Below, in pieces: positions 18,384 to 28,217 of a DNA stretch of 64,000 nt. The position numbers and the translations under genes were made by a program. How positions within the stretch are numbered: the first letter of the stretch is position 1; each line of letters opens with the position of its first letter. The notes under the pieces are model-generated. The model was not told the origin of the DNA. It did not search any database and saw nothing but the letters and a program-made list of their open reading frames with translations. The DNA is from Candidatus Shapirobacteria bacterium (GTDB lineage: Bacteria; Patescibacteriota; Microgenomatia; UBA12405), in assembly GCA_041665485.1 (NCBI GenBank), contig JBAYIT010000001.1, forward strand, positions 345,399 through 409,398. The letters run 5' to 3'.

Positions 18384-18746
18384 TTGAAAAATGAAGATGT
18401 GGAGACATCAAGACATCATTTGTTGCCCAAAGAATTTGTTGGTATGAGGGTCTCTCTGACTGGTTTGGGAGTAATTAGTGTTAGACGAGAAGATGTATTT
18501 TGTGAGAGGAATGTTATGAAACTAGATGGAAGGTTGCATGCTCTAACTCATTATTGGTGGGTGGTTATGTTAGAGGATAGGAGATTGGCAGAAAAACAAA
18601 GAATGGGCATGGGTGGGTTAACTGGTGGAATGACTCGTTCGGAGTGGCAATGGTTTCAGAGAGCCACAGCTAAATTAGATAAAAATCCGACAGAAACCAT
18701 TGATCCTTTTTGGAAAAGATGGACGCTTAATGAATTATTGGTTTAG
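18384..18746 (+). CDS. Hypothetical protein, possible degenerate HNH-like
   Basis: SRHHLLPK...N...HALTH pattern. Confidence 0.45.
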   Translation: MKNEDVETSRHHLLPKEFVGMRVSLTGLGVISVRREDVFCERNVMKLDGRLHALTHYWWVVMLEDRRLAEKQRMGMGGLTGGMTRSEWQWFQRATAKLDKNPTETIDPFWKRWTLNELLV

Positions 18747-18800
18747 CGCCGGAGAAAAGTTGGGATCTTTTTTGGCCAAGAGAAGGTTGGCTTTGAAACG

Positions 18801-19721
18801 TCAAAAGAGTTTTGGGGGGTAGGCGCCACTGTCGATTAACTGTTTGATGGACTCGATAATACGGGGGCGGTCTTCTTGGTAAGTAACGCCAAACCATTTT
18901 TCGCCAGTAGAGAGAACTTTGACTTTAGCCCGACCTTCACGGGCCATATTACCAATAATATTTGGGAGTAAAAATTCAGCCTTTTCCGGATTTTGGGGGA
19001 CTTTTTCTGCTAAGAATTTAGGAAATTGGGTTTCCAATTCGGTAATAAAGTTGGGGGTTAGCCCCCACATGTTCATAGAAACATGGTCGTCGTAAGAGAC
19101 TTCGGTCCAGGTGGTGCCATCTTCTGACAATGATTGAAGTTTGCCATCTTTCTCTTCAACGTGTTTGTGTTCGATTAGATCGGTTAAATAGCCATCTTGA
19201 TTAATTTGACAGATTCCTCGGCTGACGAAGCCATTTTCGGAGAGGGTATTTTTCATAGTGTAGCCGGGGAGAGCATAAGTAGCAGGATTTGAGTCGGTGG
19301 CAGTGGAGAGGAATTTGGCCATTTGTTGATATGATTCCAGGCCATAGAAGTCGTCAGCGTTGATATCTAGGAAATTACCAGTAATTTTGTCTTTACAGCA
19401 GAGGACGGCGTGGCCGGTGCCCCAGGGTTTAACCCGGCCTTCGGGGATAGTGAAGCCAGCAGGTAAATAATTTAATTCCTGAAAGGCATATTCGACTTGA
19501 ATGGCTTTTTCTACAGCCTGGCCAATTCTTTCTCGGAAGGCTTCTTCGATGTCGTGACGGATGAGAAAAATTACTCGGTTAAAACCACTACGAATAGCGT
19601 CGTAGATGGAGTAGTGGATAATAAGCTCGCCGTTGGGGCCGACAGGGTCAATTTGTTTGATACCGCCGTAGCGGGAACCGATACCGGCAGCGCGGATGAG
19701 GAGGGTGAGATTGTTGGTCAT
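18801..19721 (-). CDS. Sugar-phosphate nucleotidyltransferase (NTP_transferase family)
   Basis: AAGIGSRYGGIKQIDPVGP, KPWGTGHA, INADDFYG, SMNMWG, WFGVTY. Confidence 0.9.
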   Translation of the reverse strand: MTNNLTLLIRAAGIGSRYGGIKQIDPVGPNGELIIHYSIYDAIRSGFNRVIFLIRHDIEEAFRERIGQAVEKAIQVEYAFQELNYLPAGFTIPEGRVKPWGTGHAVLCCKDKITGNFLDINADDFYGLESYQQMAKFLSTATDSNPATYALPGYTMKNTLSENGFVSRGICQINQDGYLTDLIEHKHVEEKDGKLQSLSEDGTTWTEVSYDDHVSMNMWGLTPNFITELETQFPKFLAEKVPQNPEKAEFLLPNIIGNMAREGRAKVKVLSTGEKWFGVTYQEDRPRIIESIKQLIDSGAYPPKLF

Positions 19722-19747
19722 GGTGATTTAATTATATATTATTGATT

Positions 19748-20355
19748 GTGGATTTCCATCGACGGTCGATAAGATTGAAAGGTTTTGATTATTCGAGTAA
19801 CGGGTTGTATTTTGTGACGGTAGATTTGGAGGATAAAAGAAATTGGCTATGGGAAATCGATGATAATAGCGGAGATGGGAATATAGGAAAGGGCGGAAAT
19901 GGGAATATAGGAAAGGGCGGAAATGGGAATATAGGAAAGGGCGGAAATGGGAATATAGGAAAGGGCGGAGATGAGAATGAGGAGAAGGGCGGACACATCG
20001 GTCCGCCCGTACATATGAATGAGATCGGGAAAATGATGGATTATTGGTGGGGTGAAATAAAATGTCATTTTCAAAATGTGGAATTAGATGAATATGTAAT
20101 AATGCCAAATCATATGCATGGAATAATAATTATTAAATGGGAAATATCATCCAATGGTTTAAAACAATGACGACCAATGAATATATCAACAATGTGAAAT
20201 CAAATAATTGGCCGAGATTTAACAAGAGATTGTGGCAGAGAAATTATTTCGAAAGAATAATTCGAAATAAAAGGCAATACGAAGCAATTAAAAAGTATAT
20301 TAGGGAAAATCCAATAAATTGGAATACAAATCAGAAAAGGGATTTGATAAAATAG
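19748..20355 (+). mobile_element. REP-associated tyrosine transposase (RAYT, HUH/Y1), frameshifted
   Basis: RRSIRLKGFDYSSNGLYFVT, MPNHMHGII, then frame change near 20135 to GNIIQWFKTMTT...WQRNYFERIIR...YIRENP. Confidence 0.85.
19871..20012 (+). repeat. 24-bp tandem repeat (4 copies plus 1 degenerate) ending in a REP-like palindrome, inside the RAYT
   Basis: (gga(a/g)atgggaatataggaaagggc)n then gggcggacacatcggtccgcccgtac. Confidence 0.9.
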
Positions 20356-20363
20356 CCGTGTTA

Positions 20364-20439
20364 GGGCCCATGGCTTAGTTGGTAGAGCGTCCCCATGGCA
20401 TGGGGAAGGTCGGGGGTTCGAATCCCCCTGGGTCCACCA
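20364..20439 (+). tRNA. tRNA-Ala(GGC)
   Basis: 76-nt cloverleaf; anticodon arm tcccc-atGGCat-gggga; TTCGA; encoded CCA. Confidence 0.95.
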
Positions 20440-21149
20440 TGAGTGAAACAGGGATGATAGAAATGATGACTGGTTTTGGTGCTAGGGAGCGTGGCGAGAG
20501 AGAAGGTGGCCTAGGTGTGGTGATAGTGCAAGGAATGGCTGATTTGAAAGAGCTAGGAAATGAAATAATGGCGGGTTTTGTAGACAGTGGAGCTACAGTT
20601 TATGATCCGGGGTGGCATCAGAAAGATGGTGTGGATAGAGACTTGGAAATGATGTTATCTGAATTTGGTCAGATGGTAGAGGTGGCGGGTGAAAATGGAA
20701 AACCAGTGGTGGTGGTGGGGGTTAGTGCTGGAGCTGGGCTAGCATTGCTTTACAAATTGAGAAATCCGGAGGCAAACATCCTTCATTTGTATTCGGCGAG
20801 TGGGGTATTGGATCCAAACATAAATTCGAACAATGTTTACGATATTCGGATGTGGAGGGTACTGTGCGAAGGGCATCCGGCTTTTACAGACATGGTTAAT
20901 GAATTGAGTGCTAGATTGGGGGAAAAAGGTGCGACCGAGAAACATGGATTGAGGGATTGGGTGACGGTGTTGACTTCCGGAGGTGTTGATGGAACGGTTC
21001 CGAAGGCAACGCTTGAGCCGGAGTGGGCAAAAGTCGAACGTGTTGGAAACAGTAATCATGTTGGAACAGTAATAACTGCTTTGGGTGCGATTATTGGACC
21101 AAGAATTAGAGAACTAAAGCAAGGATTAATAAGTGGTGGTTTTGAGTAG
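20439..21149 (+). CDS. Alpha/beta-hydrolase fold protein
   Basis: GVSAG nucleophile elbow, DGTV, NH; start placed after the tRNA. Confidence 0.7.
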   Translation: MSETGMIEMMTGFGARERGEREGGLGVVIVQGMADLKELGNEIMAGFVDSGATVYDPGWHQKDGVDRDLEMMLSEFGQMVEVAGENGKPVVVVGVSAGAGLALLYKLRNPEANILHLYSASGVLDPNINSNNVYDIRMWRVLCEGHPAFTDMVNELSARLGEKGATEKHGLRDWVTVLTSGGVDGTVPKATLEPEWAKVERVGNSNHVGTVITALGAIIGPRIRELKQGLISGGFE

Positions 21150-21178
21150 AGGAGTTTTAGGATATAATTCGGTGAATT

Positions 21179-21250
21179 AGGCCCGTAGTGAAACGGCTAT
21201 CACCAAGGTCTCCAAAACCTTTATTCATGGTTCGAATCCATGCGGGCCTG
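21179..21250 (+). tRNA. tRNA-Trp(CCA)
   Basis: Acceptor aggcccg/cgggcct; anticodon arm aaggt-ctCCAaa-acctt; TTCGA. Confidence 0.92.
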
Positions 21251-21254
21251 CTGA

Positions 21255-21545
21255 ATGAGAGCTAAATCTTTTTTAGGTTCACCTGATTGTGTTGCTTATA
21301 CGTACGGGGTTGATGGGTTAGACCCTCACCGTGACCAGGTTGTAAGTCATCATTTTCCTCTGTGTAGGCATCCTGGAAATGAACTCGGTGAGTGTGCGTT
21401 AGTTGCAGTCGATCTGAAAAGAGGTTGCTTAGTGGTGGGCTTGAATTCAGATGTTACTTGTCCATTTCAGGTTAGATCAACAGATGTGGGAGCGGAGGCG
21501 TTGTTGAAAAAAATTGAGCAACTAGAGCATGAAAAAATGTTTTGA
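21255..21545 (+). CDS. Hypothetical protein
   Basis: 96-aa Cys-containing ORF right after tRNA-Trp. Confidence 0.45.
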   Translation: MRAKSFLGSPDCVAYTYGVDGLDPHRDQVVSHHFPLCRHPGNELGECALVAVDLKRGCLVVGLNSDVTCPFQVRSTDVGAEALLKKIEQLEHEKMF

Positions 21546-21562
21546 CGGGATAAAATAGAGGA

Positions 21563-22207
21563 GTGAAGGCGATAATAATTGCAATATTGGGGTGGTTGGG
21601 AATTTTGGGAAAGGGGGAGATGGTCAAGCCGGTGGTGATTGAGACGTTTAAACCGGCACCGACAGAAATTATTGAGCCGACTTTAGTACCGACGAAGATG
21701 GTGATAAAACTAAAACCAGTAGTAATTGGACCGAGTCAAACTCGGCTGTCGGACACTGGGCCGTGGGGAGTGGCCAAACAAGTTGGGGAGCACACTTATA
21801 CGATGAAGATTAAACTAGACGAGAGGATGGGAACGCCAAAAGAAATTCTTGAAGCCTTAAATGATTATCGGGTGAGGCGGGGGTCGCAGAGATTGACTTG
21901 GGATGATAAGCTGGCTAATTACGCTCAAAGCCGGGCGGTATATTTGGCCTCAATTAAAAATGTGGATGGGCATGCTGGATTTCAAAATTATTTAGAAAAG
22001 GAAAATGGCTTTGAAAAGCTGGGGTTTACCAAACTTGGGGAAAACATAAGTTATGGCTACAAAATGGAGGGGGTGCATTTAATTGAATGGATTTATGCTG
22101 GGGACAAACCACATGATGACAACCAGACGAATAATGATTGGAACTATGTGGGAATTGGAGTGGAGGGGACAGCAACGTGTTTGATTTTTGGAACCGGTCG
22201 GTCATAA
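21563..22207 (+). CDS. CAP/SCP domain secreted protein
   Basis: LNDYRVRRG..LTWDDKLANYAQSRA, H, GENI, HDDN, VGIG. Confidence 0.85.
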   Translation: MKAIIIAILGWLGILGKGEMVKPVVIETFKPAPTEIIEPTLVPTKMVIKLKPVVIGPSQTRLSDTGPWGVAKQVGEHTYTMKIKLDERMGTPKEILEALNDYRVRRGSQRLTWDDKLANYAQSRAVYLASIKNVDGHAGFQNYLEKENGFEKLGFTKLGENISYGYKMEGVHLIEWIYAGDKPHDDNQTNNDWNYVGIGVEGTATCLIFGTGRS

Positions 22208-22270
22208 GAATCTACGAATTTAGGAATCTAGAATCTAGAATAGGAAACGGTAAACTGGTAAAGTTTTAGA

Positions 22271-23497
22271 GTGAAGAGGAGATTTAAAAAAGTTTTGGTG
22301 GTGGTGGTTTTTGGAGTATTAATGATGGCGGGGGGGTTGGTAGCCGGGAAAATGATATTTGAGGAAAAGCAGAGGCCGGCAGTGGTGGAGAAAAATATCT
22401 ATTTAGAATTTATTAATGAGGTTAGAGGAATAATTTCTGATAATTACTGGAATAAATTGACTGTTGAGCAGTTGGATAAATTATTAATTGCCGGAACGGA
22501 AAAACTAACCGGTCAAATTCAAAACGGTTCGGCAGAAAAAGTGATCTTGGGGGTGTTGAAACAATATGAAAGTGACGAGAAAAGGAAGCAGTTTACCAGT
22601 AGTTTAATGGATGCGGTGTTGGCGAGTTTGGAGCCGGTGGGGAGGTCAAGGCTTTATGTTAAGCAGGATGCTAAAGCGTTGTCGGATAACGTGAATAATA
22701 AGACAGATAAGGATTTTTATGCTGATTTGGGAGTAGACAAGAAAGCCAGTGATGAGGAGATTAAGAAGGCTGGCGAAATAAAAAAGGATGACCCATTAGC
22801 CCAAAAGGCTTATCAGATTTTGAGTGACCCAGTGGCTAAGAAAAACTACGATATTGCCGGAGTTGAGCCGACGATGGAGTATAAATTGATGGACGGCGGG
22901 GTGTTTTATATCCACTTGACTAAATTTTCGCCACAGACAGTGGAAGAATTAACCAGAGTAACGGAGAAAGTTAAAGGAAAGATGGGGGTAGTAAGCTTGA
23001 TATTGGATTTGAGAGACAATGTGGGCGGGGCCATCGATGGTTTGCCTTATTTTTTGGGGCCGTTTATTGGAAATGATAATTATGCTTATCAATATTTTCA
23101 TCAAGGAGCCAAAGAAGATTTCAAAACCAAATCTGGCTGGCTTGAAAGCCTAGTGCAATACAAACGGGTGGTGGTGCTGATAAATGGAAATACTCAATCA
23201 ACGGCAGAATTAATGGCCTCGGTGGTTAAAAAATATAATGTTGGGGTGGTGGTGGGAACTAAAACCCGAGGTTGGGGAACAGTGGAGCGGGTGTTTCCAA
23301 TCAAAAATCAGATTGACCAAAATGAAGTTTATAGCGTGTTTTTGGTGCATAGTTTGACGTTGCGGGAAGACGGCGAGCCAATTGAGGGCAAGGGAGTCGA
23401 GCCGGTGGTGGATATCAGTAGTAAAACCTGGCAGAAGGAATTGTTGGAATATAATGGGGATGAAAGGCTGGTTAAGGCGGTTTCGGAAGTGTTATAA
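22271..23497 (+). CDS. S41 (tail-specific) peptidase with internal degenerate DnaJ-like domain
   Basis: LILDLRDNVGG, INGNTQSTAE, VVGTKTRGWG, IEGKGVEP; internal DFYADLGVDKKASDEEIKKA...AYQILSDP..KKNYD. Confidence 0.85.
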   Translation: MKRRFKKVLVVVVFGVLMMAGGLVAGKMIFEEKQRPAVVEKNIYLEFINEVRGIISDNYWNKLTVEQLDKLLIAGTEKLTGQIQNGSAEKVILGVLKQYESDEKRKQFTSSLMDAVLASLEPVGRSRLYVKQDAKALSDNVNNKTDKDFYADLGVDKKASDEEIKKAGEIKKDDPLAQKAYQILSDPVAKKNYDIAGVEPTMEYKLMDGGVFYIHLTKFSPQTVEELTRVTEKVKGKMGVVSLILDLRDNVGGAIDGLPYFLGPFIGNDNYAYQYFHQGAKEDFKTKSGWLESLVQYKRVVVLINGNTQSTAELMASVVKKYNVGVVVGTKTRGWGTVERVFPIKNQIDQNEVYSVFLVHSLTLREDGEPIEGKGVEPVVDISSKTWQKELLEYNGDERLVKAVSEVL

Positions 23498-23503
23498 TTG
23501 GCT

Positions 23504-23956
23504 ATGGAGCCGATGCAAGTGATGGTGATAGCTGGTTTACTAATGGTAATGGCGGAATTGTTGATGGGAATTCAGACAGGATTTGATCTGGTGCTGGGGG
23601 GAAGTATTTTAATAATTTCTGGCTTTGCCGGGATGTTGGGGGGTGGATGGCAGTTGAGTATTGGCCTGGCGATTATAATGAGTATTGTCTATATTGCTTA
23701 TGGCCGAGGGTTGGTGAAATCAAAATTAATAATTACAACCACCCACACCAATATTGATAAATTAATTGGCCAGAAGGGAGTGGTGGTTAGATCAATTACA
23801 CCGGATACAGCCGGGCTGGTGAGACTGATGGATGAAGACTGGCGGGCGGTGAGCGATGAGGTGTTGTATGAAAAAGACAGGGTGGAGGTGGTGACAGTGG
23901 AGGGGGTGAGCTTGAGAGTCCAAAAAGTAGAAAGTCCAAAAAGTTCAAAAAGTTAG
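23504..23956 (+). CDS. NfeD-like membrane protein (short form)
   Basis: TM helices plus OB-fold LIGQKGVV...GLVRL.DEDWRA; upstream of SPFH gene. Confidence 0.85.
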   Translation: MEPMQVMVIAGLLMVMAELLMGIQTGFDLVLGGSILIISGFAGMLGGGWQLSIGLAIIMSIVYIAYGRGLVKSKLIITTTHTNIDKLIGQKGVVVRSITPDTAGLVRLMDEDWRAVSDEVLYEKDRVEVVTVEGVSLRVQKVESPKSSKS

Positions 23957-23974
23957 AAAGTTAAAAATAAAAAT

Positions 23975-24823
23975 ATGGCATTTGGAAGCACAACGTTTTT
24001 GATAGTTTTTATTATTTCTCTAATTGCACTTTTTCGAAGTTTTCGGATAATAAAGCAGTATGAGAAGGGGTTGGTAATAAGATTGGGAAAATATCACACC
24101 ACAGCTGATTCAGGAGTGGTATTTTTAATGCCATTTATCGATAGTTTAATAGCGGTTGATATGCGGGAGAACGTTATAAATGTGGCGCCACAGAAGGTAA
24201 TTACTAAAGATAATGTGTCGGTGGTGGTGGATGCAGTGATTTACTACAAAGTGGTTGATCCGGTTAAGGCGGAATTTGAAATTGTCGATTTTGATTATGC
24301 AGCGACAACCTTGGCTCAAACTAATTTGCGGAATTTAATTGGCGACAAGTCTTTGGATGAGACATTGACGGCCAGAGACAGTATTAATGCCTCGTTGCGG
24401 GCGGTGCTGGACGAATCAACTAATGGTTGGGGGGTAAAAGTAACTAAAGTGGAATTACAAAAGATTGATCCGCCAACTGATATCACCGATGCCATGAGTC
24501 AACAAATGAAAGCTGAACGGGAAAAAAGAGCGAGGATATTGGAGGCGGAAGGAAAGAAACAGTCGGCAATTTTGGAAGCGGAAGGTGAAGCAACAGCCAA
24601 GAAGATGAGGTCTGAAGCTGATGCTAAAGCGATTGAAGTGGTGGCGAATTCGGCTGAAAAGAACTTTACTCAAAGAGCAGAAAAATTAAAAAGATTAGAT
24701 GTTGTGGCTCAAGTGTTGGGCGGAAATTCAACTAAATTTGTGCTCCCGGCCAATGGCGAGATTGTTTCAGTGCTTAATCTTGAGGGCAAGGGAGATAATA
24801 ATATTATCCCGGTGAGGAAATAA
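23975..24823 (+). CDS. SPFH/stomatin (QmcA-like) protein
   Basis: RLGKY, ITKDNV.V.VDAV, AQTNLRN, WGVKV, KAEREKRARILEAEG. Confidence 0.95.
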   Translation: MAFGSTTFLIVFIISLIALFRSFRIIKQYEKGLVIRLGKYHTTADSGVVFLMPFIDSLIAVDMRENVINVAPQKVITKDNVSVVVDAVIYYKVVDPVKAEFEIVDFDYAATTLAQTNLRNLIGDKSLDETLTARDSINASLRAVLDESTNGWGVKVTKVELQKIDPPTDITDAMSQQMKAEREKRARILEAEGKKQSAILEAEGEATAKKMRSEADAKAIEVVANSAEKNFTQRAEKLKRLDVVAQVLGGNSTKFVLPANGEIVSVLNLEGKGDNNIIPVRK

Positions 24824-24863
24824 AAACTAAGAATTTACGAATCTAGGAATTTACGAATCTAGA

Positions 24864-27800
24864 TTACTTGAGAATGACTTTGATGGGCCAAGATTTCATG
24901 CCAGTGTTCTTTTGTTTGTCCCAAACAGAGAGGGATGTCCAGTAGTCGCCGGCTTTAGTTGGCCAGCCACGAAGAGTACAAGTGAATAACTTTCGAGAGT
25001 CGTTTTTGGCGGTGTATTGACGGCAGGAGCTGTAGAGGCCACGAGGTAAATTGGTGAATTTAAAATAGAGGTAATGTTTTTTATCGGGGTCAGAGCCGGT
25101 GATAGTGGCGGAATAATATTTGTAGCGCTTAAGGACTGGAAAGGAGGTGTCGATGATAGTGATGTGAGAGGGAGGGGGAGCCGGAGGCCCGGGAGGTGAA
25201 GAACCGCCACCACCACCACCAGAATTACCACCGCCACCTCCGCCACCACTTGAAGAGCCACCCCCACCTCCACCGATAGCCGGGGCAGTTGTGGGAGTTG
25301 GTGTATTAGTCGGAATTGGAGTTAAAGTCGGGGTTGGGGTTAGGGTAGGAGTTGGAGTATTGGTTGGCGTTGAAGTTGGGGTGGAGGTGGGCGTTGAAGT
25401 ATTAGTAGGAATAGGTGTATTTGTTGGAGTTGGGCTGGGGGTGGGGGTAGAAGTAGGGGTAATTACTAAATTTGGTATGGCAAAGTTTCGGGTAGTAGTT
25501 CTGGTGTAGGTATATGGCAGTGGGCCACCATCTTTACTAAAAGAAATAAATCCTGATGGGAGACCTAGAGGGTATGTATAACGGTAGTAGTTATAACTAA
25601 CACGGTCATAAGTGACACGAGAATTTTCTGGTTTAGGTTGGTATGAGGAAAGTGAAAAATATTTTGCCGGCGGCTGATAATTCCAATAAGCCATTTCAGC
25701 TTGATCTGAAGAGATGCCGGAGGTGATTGGATAAAGCTCAAAAACTGTTTTATTAAATTGATTATTTGAAAAATCGTGAGTAATGTAGAAAACACGGTTG
25801 CCAAAAGGATTAAGGCCGTTTTGATTGTTGACAGGCCGATAACGCTTATCGAAAGCGGTTGAAACAAATAATACTCTGGCTTTTTTGTTGGCACCAAAAT
25901 AATCAACAGTTAGATCGATATTGGTAACGGTGGGGTTGATCAATGTTTTGGCGGTGGTGTTAAAAATTCGGCTGTCGTAACAAAAAGAGCTTAAATATGA
26001 GTGAGATGTAGAAGCCGTTGAAGTTGAACCGAAAAGATCAAAACACTCTTCTGCGGTAGGATCAATAATAGTAGACGTAAAAGAGGGATAACTTTGATTG
26101 TTACTAGTAAAGCTTATTGGTTGCGAGCTATTGGATTGGCCAAGAGCAAAGAGTTGTTTTAGATTTTTAACTTGATCGCCAGTGATATTAAAAATGATTG
26201 AATTAGTTGAATCTTTGACTTCGGCGGTGATGGTGATGTTGTAATATTCCAATGTTTGAGGGTCGCTGTCGCCAATTTGTCTGGCGGCTGGAACCGGATA
26301 GTAACAGTGAGGAGCTCTCTTTTCACAATCCTCTTTGGCAATTTGTTGCCAGCGGACGTCAGTAGTTTGGCCATTGTTATCAACGTAATCCCAGTAATAC
26401 CCATCAGTACACCAATATTTAATGCCGATGTGTCCTGGCCAAGCCATCTGGACTAAAAACTGTTCACCTTGATATTCGATTTTATCAACTACTGTTTTTA
26501 GTGGGCAGGATAGACCGATTGGGAGTGGAATTGGAGTGGGAGTGGGGGTGGAAGTAGGGGTTGGAGTTGGGGTGGGGCTGTTGGTAGGAGTAGGAATAGG
26601 TGTTGTTGGCGAGCTTGAATTGTATGCGATGGAGCTTGCTTCAAAGTCAACAGTTCCATGACCGATGTTTTGACTGTTGGCCGAGTCGGAGAAATCACCA
26701 TCTAGGTGGAATAGAGATACTGTGAATTCGTCGGGGACAAACGGGGTCGATGGTGGGGTAAAGTTAGCGGCATATCTGACGTTTTTTGAGATTCGAATTT
26801 CATCAATACTCCCATAGAATGGAGCATCGTTTGGTTGATACATTCCAATATAAAAGGGGCCGTTTCCGTAAATGATTGGCACAGAAGTACTAGTTGACCC
26901 TTGGAGTTGTCCGTTAACATACAAGCGACCGTTCTGTCTGTTTTGGTTGTTTGGGTCGTTTACCAAGGCGATGTGTGACCATCGGCCGCATAAATTTGAG
27001 TTGGAGGTAATAGCCTGGACTCCACTACCATACATGAAACGACCAGTGTTATCGTTGTAGATTCCTTTGTATGTGAAAAAGGAGAAAGAGTCATTATAGG
27101 GAAGGTCGAAGTTTTCTCGTTTTCGGAAAGCATAAAAAGTACCATCGGGAGAGTTGGTGCAGTCTTTTTTGATCCAGCCTTCGGCGGTAAATTCTTGGAG
27201 ATTGTAGATGCTACCAGGGAAACTTACGCCTTGCCCCACGGTGGTGAGTTTGATTGCCTGGCCGAAAGGGTTGGTTGGTGATGGAATTGGGGTGGTGGTT
27301 GATGTCGGAGTGGGAGTGGAAGTTGCTGTTAGTGTTGGAATGGGTGTGGAATTGGTGGTAGCAGTGAGAGCAACATGTTATCTGGTGCTTGTAAATTGCC
27401 AGACTATTTGTGGAGTAGAGGTAACGTCCATTTCATCAACCTTGATGATTGGTGTTTCGCCTTCGTACATGCCGGTGAAAAGGGAAGGATCAATGGATTG
27501 ATCGTGACCGTAAATGTAGGTGTAAGCAAGTTTTCCAGGAGCATTGAGAAGACTGCCACAACCAACTAATTCGCCACGAGGACTGTAAAATTTGACTTGG
27601 GTGCCTTGAGGTAGAGGTTGGCCATCAGAATTGTTTAATTCTCCATAATAGATGGAGTAGACAAAAGATCCGAATCTTTCTCCTGGGCAAATTTGCGGAG
27701 TAGGGGTTTGGGCTCTATTTTTCCAAACAGTTTTTTGTTGGGTAAGAAAAGTAGATAAGGGGAGAACTAAGGCGAGGAAAATAAGTATGCCGACAGTAAT

Positions 27801-27866
27801 TTTTTGATCCAGACTAGCTGGTTTTAACCGAGGCATTGAGATAATGGTAGCGGTAGTGGTGATCAT
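24864..27866 (-). pseudogene. Large surface protein (LamG-like domain, PT-rich linkers, C-terminal Ig-like) interrupted by one in-frame TAA
   Basis: ORFs 27378..27866 and 24864..27239 are in the same frame, joined by an open PT-rich linker after TAA 27378-27380; WSHIALV..LYVNG..GSIDEIRIS LamG motif. Confidence 0.75.
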
Positions 27867-27885
27867 ATGTCAACAGGTACCGCCG

Positions 27886-27922
27886 ATTATACATACTGGT
27901 TACTTATATGTCAAGTTATAGG
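27886..27922 (-). promoter_or_regulatory. Sigma70 consensus promoter TTGACA-17-TATAAT with upstream CCTATAAC
   Basis: Reverse complement reads cctataacTTGACAtataagtaaccagtatgTATAAT, about 20 nt before the ATG at 27866. Confidence 0.75.
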
Positions 27923-27925
27923 ACG

Positions 27926-28096
27926 TTATTTTCCACCGGAACCACGGCTTTGAGTGCGAAAGGCAGTGTTGAATTTAGGGACGTTGAATTGTGGTTTCCT
28001 GAATTGGTTGAAGCCGGGATTTTTGGGAGGAATCCGAACCTCGAAAGGTTTGGTGGCTTGAGGACTTTGGAGAGTGTTGTCTGATGGTTTAGTCAT
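27926..28096 (-). CDS. Small basic hypothetical protein (56 aa)
   Basis: MTKPSDNTLQSPQATKPFEVRIPPKNPGFNQFRKPQFNVPKFNTAFRTQSRGSGGK; below the ORF-track cutoff. Confidence 0.6.
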   Translation of the reverse strand: MTKPSDNTLQSPQATKPFEVRIPPKNPGFNQFRKPQFNVPKFNTAFRTQSRGSGGK

Positions 28097-28124
28097 ATTG
28101 GTTTATTTTAGCAGAAATTTCTAA

Positions 28125-28207
28125 CGTCATCGCGAGGCCGAAGGCCGTGGCGATCTCGTTTGGGATTGCTTCGTCCTCCGAAAGCTTTCGGAGTCCTCGC
28201 AATGACG
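28125..28207. repeat. REP-like element, family B, copy 1
   Basis: cgtcatcgcgaggccgaaggccgtggcgatctc...gattgcttcg...ctcgcaatgacg. Confidence 0.9.
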
Positions 28208-28217
28208 GACGATGTGG

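Noticed and set aside
19871-19990. 24-bp repeats as a CRISPR array
   Set aside because: Head-to-tail with no unique spacers, inside a transposase ORF; no cas genes in the window.
20379-20438. N-terminal extension of the hydrolase ORF
   Set aside because: Lies within tRNA-Ala; the real start is at or after 20439.
25170-25460. Poly-Gly and PT repeats as mobile DNA repeats
   Set aside because: Codon-period, protein-level linkers typical of CPR surface proteins.
9336-27380. TAA stop-codon reassignment explaining the two in-frame stops
   Set aside because: Many conserved genes here (nrdJ, glyA, sufS, topA, tsf) end in TAA at expected positions; no suppressor tRNA seen.
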